This document shows, piece after piece, positions 61,286-64,000 of a stretch of 64,000 nt of DNA. The stretch lies in contig CM041465.1 in NCBI GenBank assembly GCA_023213395.1, forward strand, positions 38,199,741 to 38,263,740. Reading direction: 5' to 3'. The stretch comes from Cycas panzhihuaensis. Lineage: Eukaryota; Plantae; Cycadophyta. The notes under the pieces were generated by a model. The model searched no databases, had not been told where the DNA came from, and saw only the letters and a list, made by a program, of their open reading frames with translations. The stretch's first letter is position 1; each line of letters starts with the position of its first letter. The position numbers were made by a program, and so were the translations under genes.

Positions 61286-64000
61286 TGTTAAACCTTATGT
61301 TTACATGTTAAAGTTAATGTACTTTTATTTTTCATGTAATATATGCACTTTTTACTTTAGGGGTGACTTATCACTTAAGTGATAAAGTGCACACCCACAT
61401 TCTTTCCAGTGACACAACGTTGTCACTAAAGGGTCAAATGGACCCTCATGCACTTTTGCTCGCATGAGAGCCCAAAAGGACACATGTCCAACATGCAAGG
61501 CATGTATCTTGGATGTTTGACACTTGTCAAACATCCAAGGCCTTAGGTCTCTCATTTCACTCTATATAATGAGACCTCTCCTCATTGTCTCACACAAGAG
61601 TTGAGTCAGATTGTTATGCTATCGGTTTGCTAATCAAACTGTTTCTTCTTGGGAGGTTGGACCAATTCCAACTCCACATATTGGGTATCATTTTTCTCTT
61701 GCTCCTTCATTTGTGCTTTGTCTCTTTGCTTTCTCTTTGCCTTGAGTTTATTATACTTGTTTATATTTCTGCAACTAGAACTAGAGTGATGCTAGTTTCT
61801 AAATCTAGGACCTGAGGCCATCTAGCCTCTTTTCACATTTGGTATCGAGCAAGAGGAGACTAGCTCCTCCTGCTCGCTTTTACACCGCTCAAGGAGATCT
61901 AGAGAAAGCCTACAAACACTTGGTGACAACCTTCGCACTCCGAAGGCGATCCAAGGTTTGTTTGAAGTTTTTTTTGCAGGTTCAAGCTTTTGGAGATACA
62001 TTTGCAGGCTGGAGCAAGTACATCTCAGATCTGAATTTCTTTTTCAGACAAAGGGCCTGTTGGGTACAGTGCAGATTGTTGTTACAAACAGTGATTTATT
62101 TTTGATATTTGCACTCAGATCTACACTTAAAAGTTGGTTTAAGTTCAGATCTGTTGTTCTTTCAGCACTAAGAACTCATTTTCAATGATTTCTAGTGCCT
62201 GGTAACTGACTTTTAGCCCGAACTCTCTTGGTAAATCTTAGTACCGCTAGTAAATCGAATCACTGTAACTGACTACTGTGGTAAATCTTAGTCTTCGCTG
62301 TCACGAAATCAGCCTCTGTCTCGAAATCGACCTCTTTGCTGTCCCGAAATCAGCCACTGTGGGCTTCACATTCCTCGATCAAAAGCGCATTTCACCACAT
62401 GGGCCCCTGATCCTCGGTTCTCACTGTCTAGCGACCAAAGAAATTCCTTAGTGTTCAAATTGCAAAAATTTTCAAATTTCAGCCTATGTTTTGGCTCTTA
62501 AAAGTTTTAACACTTAGTTATTGTTTGAACAAGTGTTAATTAAGTGATTTTAAGTGTTTTTTCAAAAGTGATACTCATCACTAAATTTTTAAACACTTTT
62601 AAGGCACCTTGCATGGTGACCTATTGCCCTTAGTCTCAAAGAGGGCTCAAATACTTAATAAAAATCACTTTTTTTATCGTTGGGACTAATTTAAAGTCCC
62701 AACACTTGGTGCTTGATGTCATTTTTCATGCAAGTGGTTCTCTTACCTTCATTTTTTCAGCATTAAAAGGAACCCGCTTGTATCTTCATCACAAGTTTTG
62801 CATTACTTCTTTCAATACTTAAGCTCTTTTTTCAAAAAGTACTTTGCAAAACTTATTGTAATCAAGCATTTGGTTTCTTACTTGGATCAACATAGCACTA
62901 CATTTTCATTAAAATGCTCATTGTAAAAAACACTACAAGTGTTCATATACATGTACTTACATTGCTTCCTCTTGAAGCCACTTTTTTGTAAAGCTTAATC
63001 AAAGCATTTTCATAAGTACATTTTCCAAGCAAAAAGAAACCTAAGTTCACATTTAAAATCTGCTAAAAAGTGACTTAAAATCTGTTGGAGAGGCTCGAAA
63101 AGGTTCAAACCTTGCCTCTAAATTAACCTTAAGCTTGGTGCATTCCCTAGGGGACCAACCGACCGCATTCGGTACCACGACAATTAAGGTTGCTTGAGGG
63201 AAAGGAGGTTCGAAAAGGGTGTTATTGGGGCCGTGAATCCCAGGGAAAGCATGGTACGTCCATGCAGATCAACCCTACCTGCCTTGTCCTAGATTTAACT
63301 TGGCCAACATTTGGATCTTCTCTATAAGATCAAGTTGGACCAACTCCATAGCCTAGTCCTCCACCCCTCATCATTCCATTCAGTTGTTGTATCTTCTAGT
63401 AAGATCAGGACTGTTGGTTTTGTTAGAAGGTGGAACTTAAGCGACGAAAGCTTTGAGTTTCCAAGTTATCTGTTAGCTTCAAGTGTTTATAAACTGAAAC
63501 ATGGCTGCCATAAACATGCTAAATGCATGCACTATTTGGCTAACAGGACAAGATAATTATCAAGAATGGAAGAGACTCACTCAGAACTTACTAATCATGA
63601 ACGAATTTTGGAGTTATGTTTCTGGGAGATTACCTCGACCAAAGACTGCTACCAATGGGAATATTATCGCAACTGGATGATGCTTTGCTTGCTGCTTGGG
63701 AAGCCAAAGATGAAATTGCTTTGGCATTCCTTCACATGATTGTTGATGTACATGTAGATCAGAATATTGCTGGTGCTAACACTTCTAAGGAAGCTTGGGA
63801 CACCTTGTCCTCATTGTATGAAAGGCGAGATCAAGCTCGCATTTTAATGGTTAAAGCAAAATTGTATTCTATTAAGTTTATCAAACCCATGTCTACTGCT
63901 CTTTCCTCCATCAAGGAGGTATGTAATGAACTGAATACACTTGGAAGTCCAGCAATGAGGGATGAATTGATCACATCCATCACCAAAGCCCTACCAAAAG
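61286..64000 (+). mobile_element. Copia element, 5' part (LTR 61286-61837, leader, gag start), running off the window
   Basis: TGTTAAA...TTCACA LTR; PBS tggtatcgagc 61840-61850; gag from 63501 (LTGQDNYQEWK, FWSYVSG, TSKEAWDTL) with a frameshift. Confidence 0.88.

Larger units (their letters stand above)
31197..64000 (-). other. ALG11: Presumed giant ALG11 intron (>32.8 kb), running past the window end
   Basis: No further ALG11 exon (expected ...GSCRN...VEFYKN..Y) was recognised; the interval is accounted for by nested LTR elements. Confidence 0.65.

Noticed and set aside
1-64000. CRISPR arrays, tRNA/rRNA genes, organellar or prokaryotic inserts
   Set aside because: None seen; the tggtatcagagc motifs are tRNA-iMet primer-binding sites, not tRNA genes.

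Overview
AT-rich plant nuclear DNA, probably from a large-genome vascular plant such as a gymnosperm (the species cannot be determined here). It is almost entirely retrotransposon. The only intact host gene is the 3' end of ALG11 (alpha-1,2-mannosyltransferase): two exons on the minus strand, 31087-31196 and 30583-30845. Everything from 31197 to the window end appears to be one >32 kb intron filled with Copia and Gypsy elements nested up to five deep, most with traceable LTRs, PBS, PPT and TSDs. Downstream of the gene (1-30 kb) lie two decayed Copia elements, a full-length TSD-flanked L1 LINE, a solo LTR and another nest. The main finds are two short-LTR non-autonomous elements whose interiors are largely captured host sequence. 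The first (46205-50738) strings together pieces of five host genes: DUF4228/PADRE, an At1g78810-like protein, UMP1, a Kelch repeat and an RNF14-like RBR ligase. The second (34503-37559, LTRs differing at only 2 of 194 nt) carries an antisense myosin XI fragment and a circularly permuted pol fragment. The L1 ORF2 also contains a 147-bp GT-AG intron-like insertion. All protein identifications come from manual translation and recalled motifs, not database searches.
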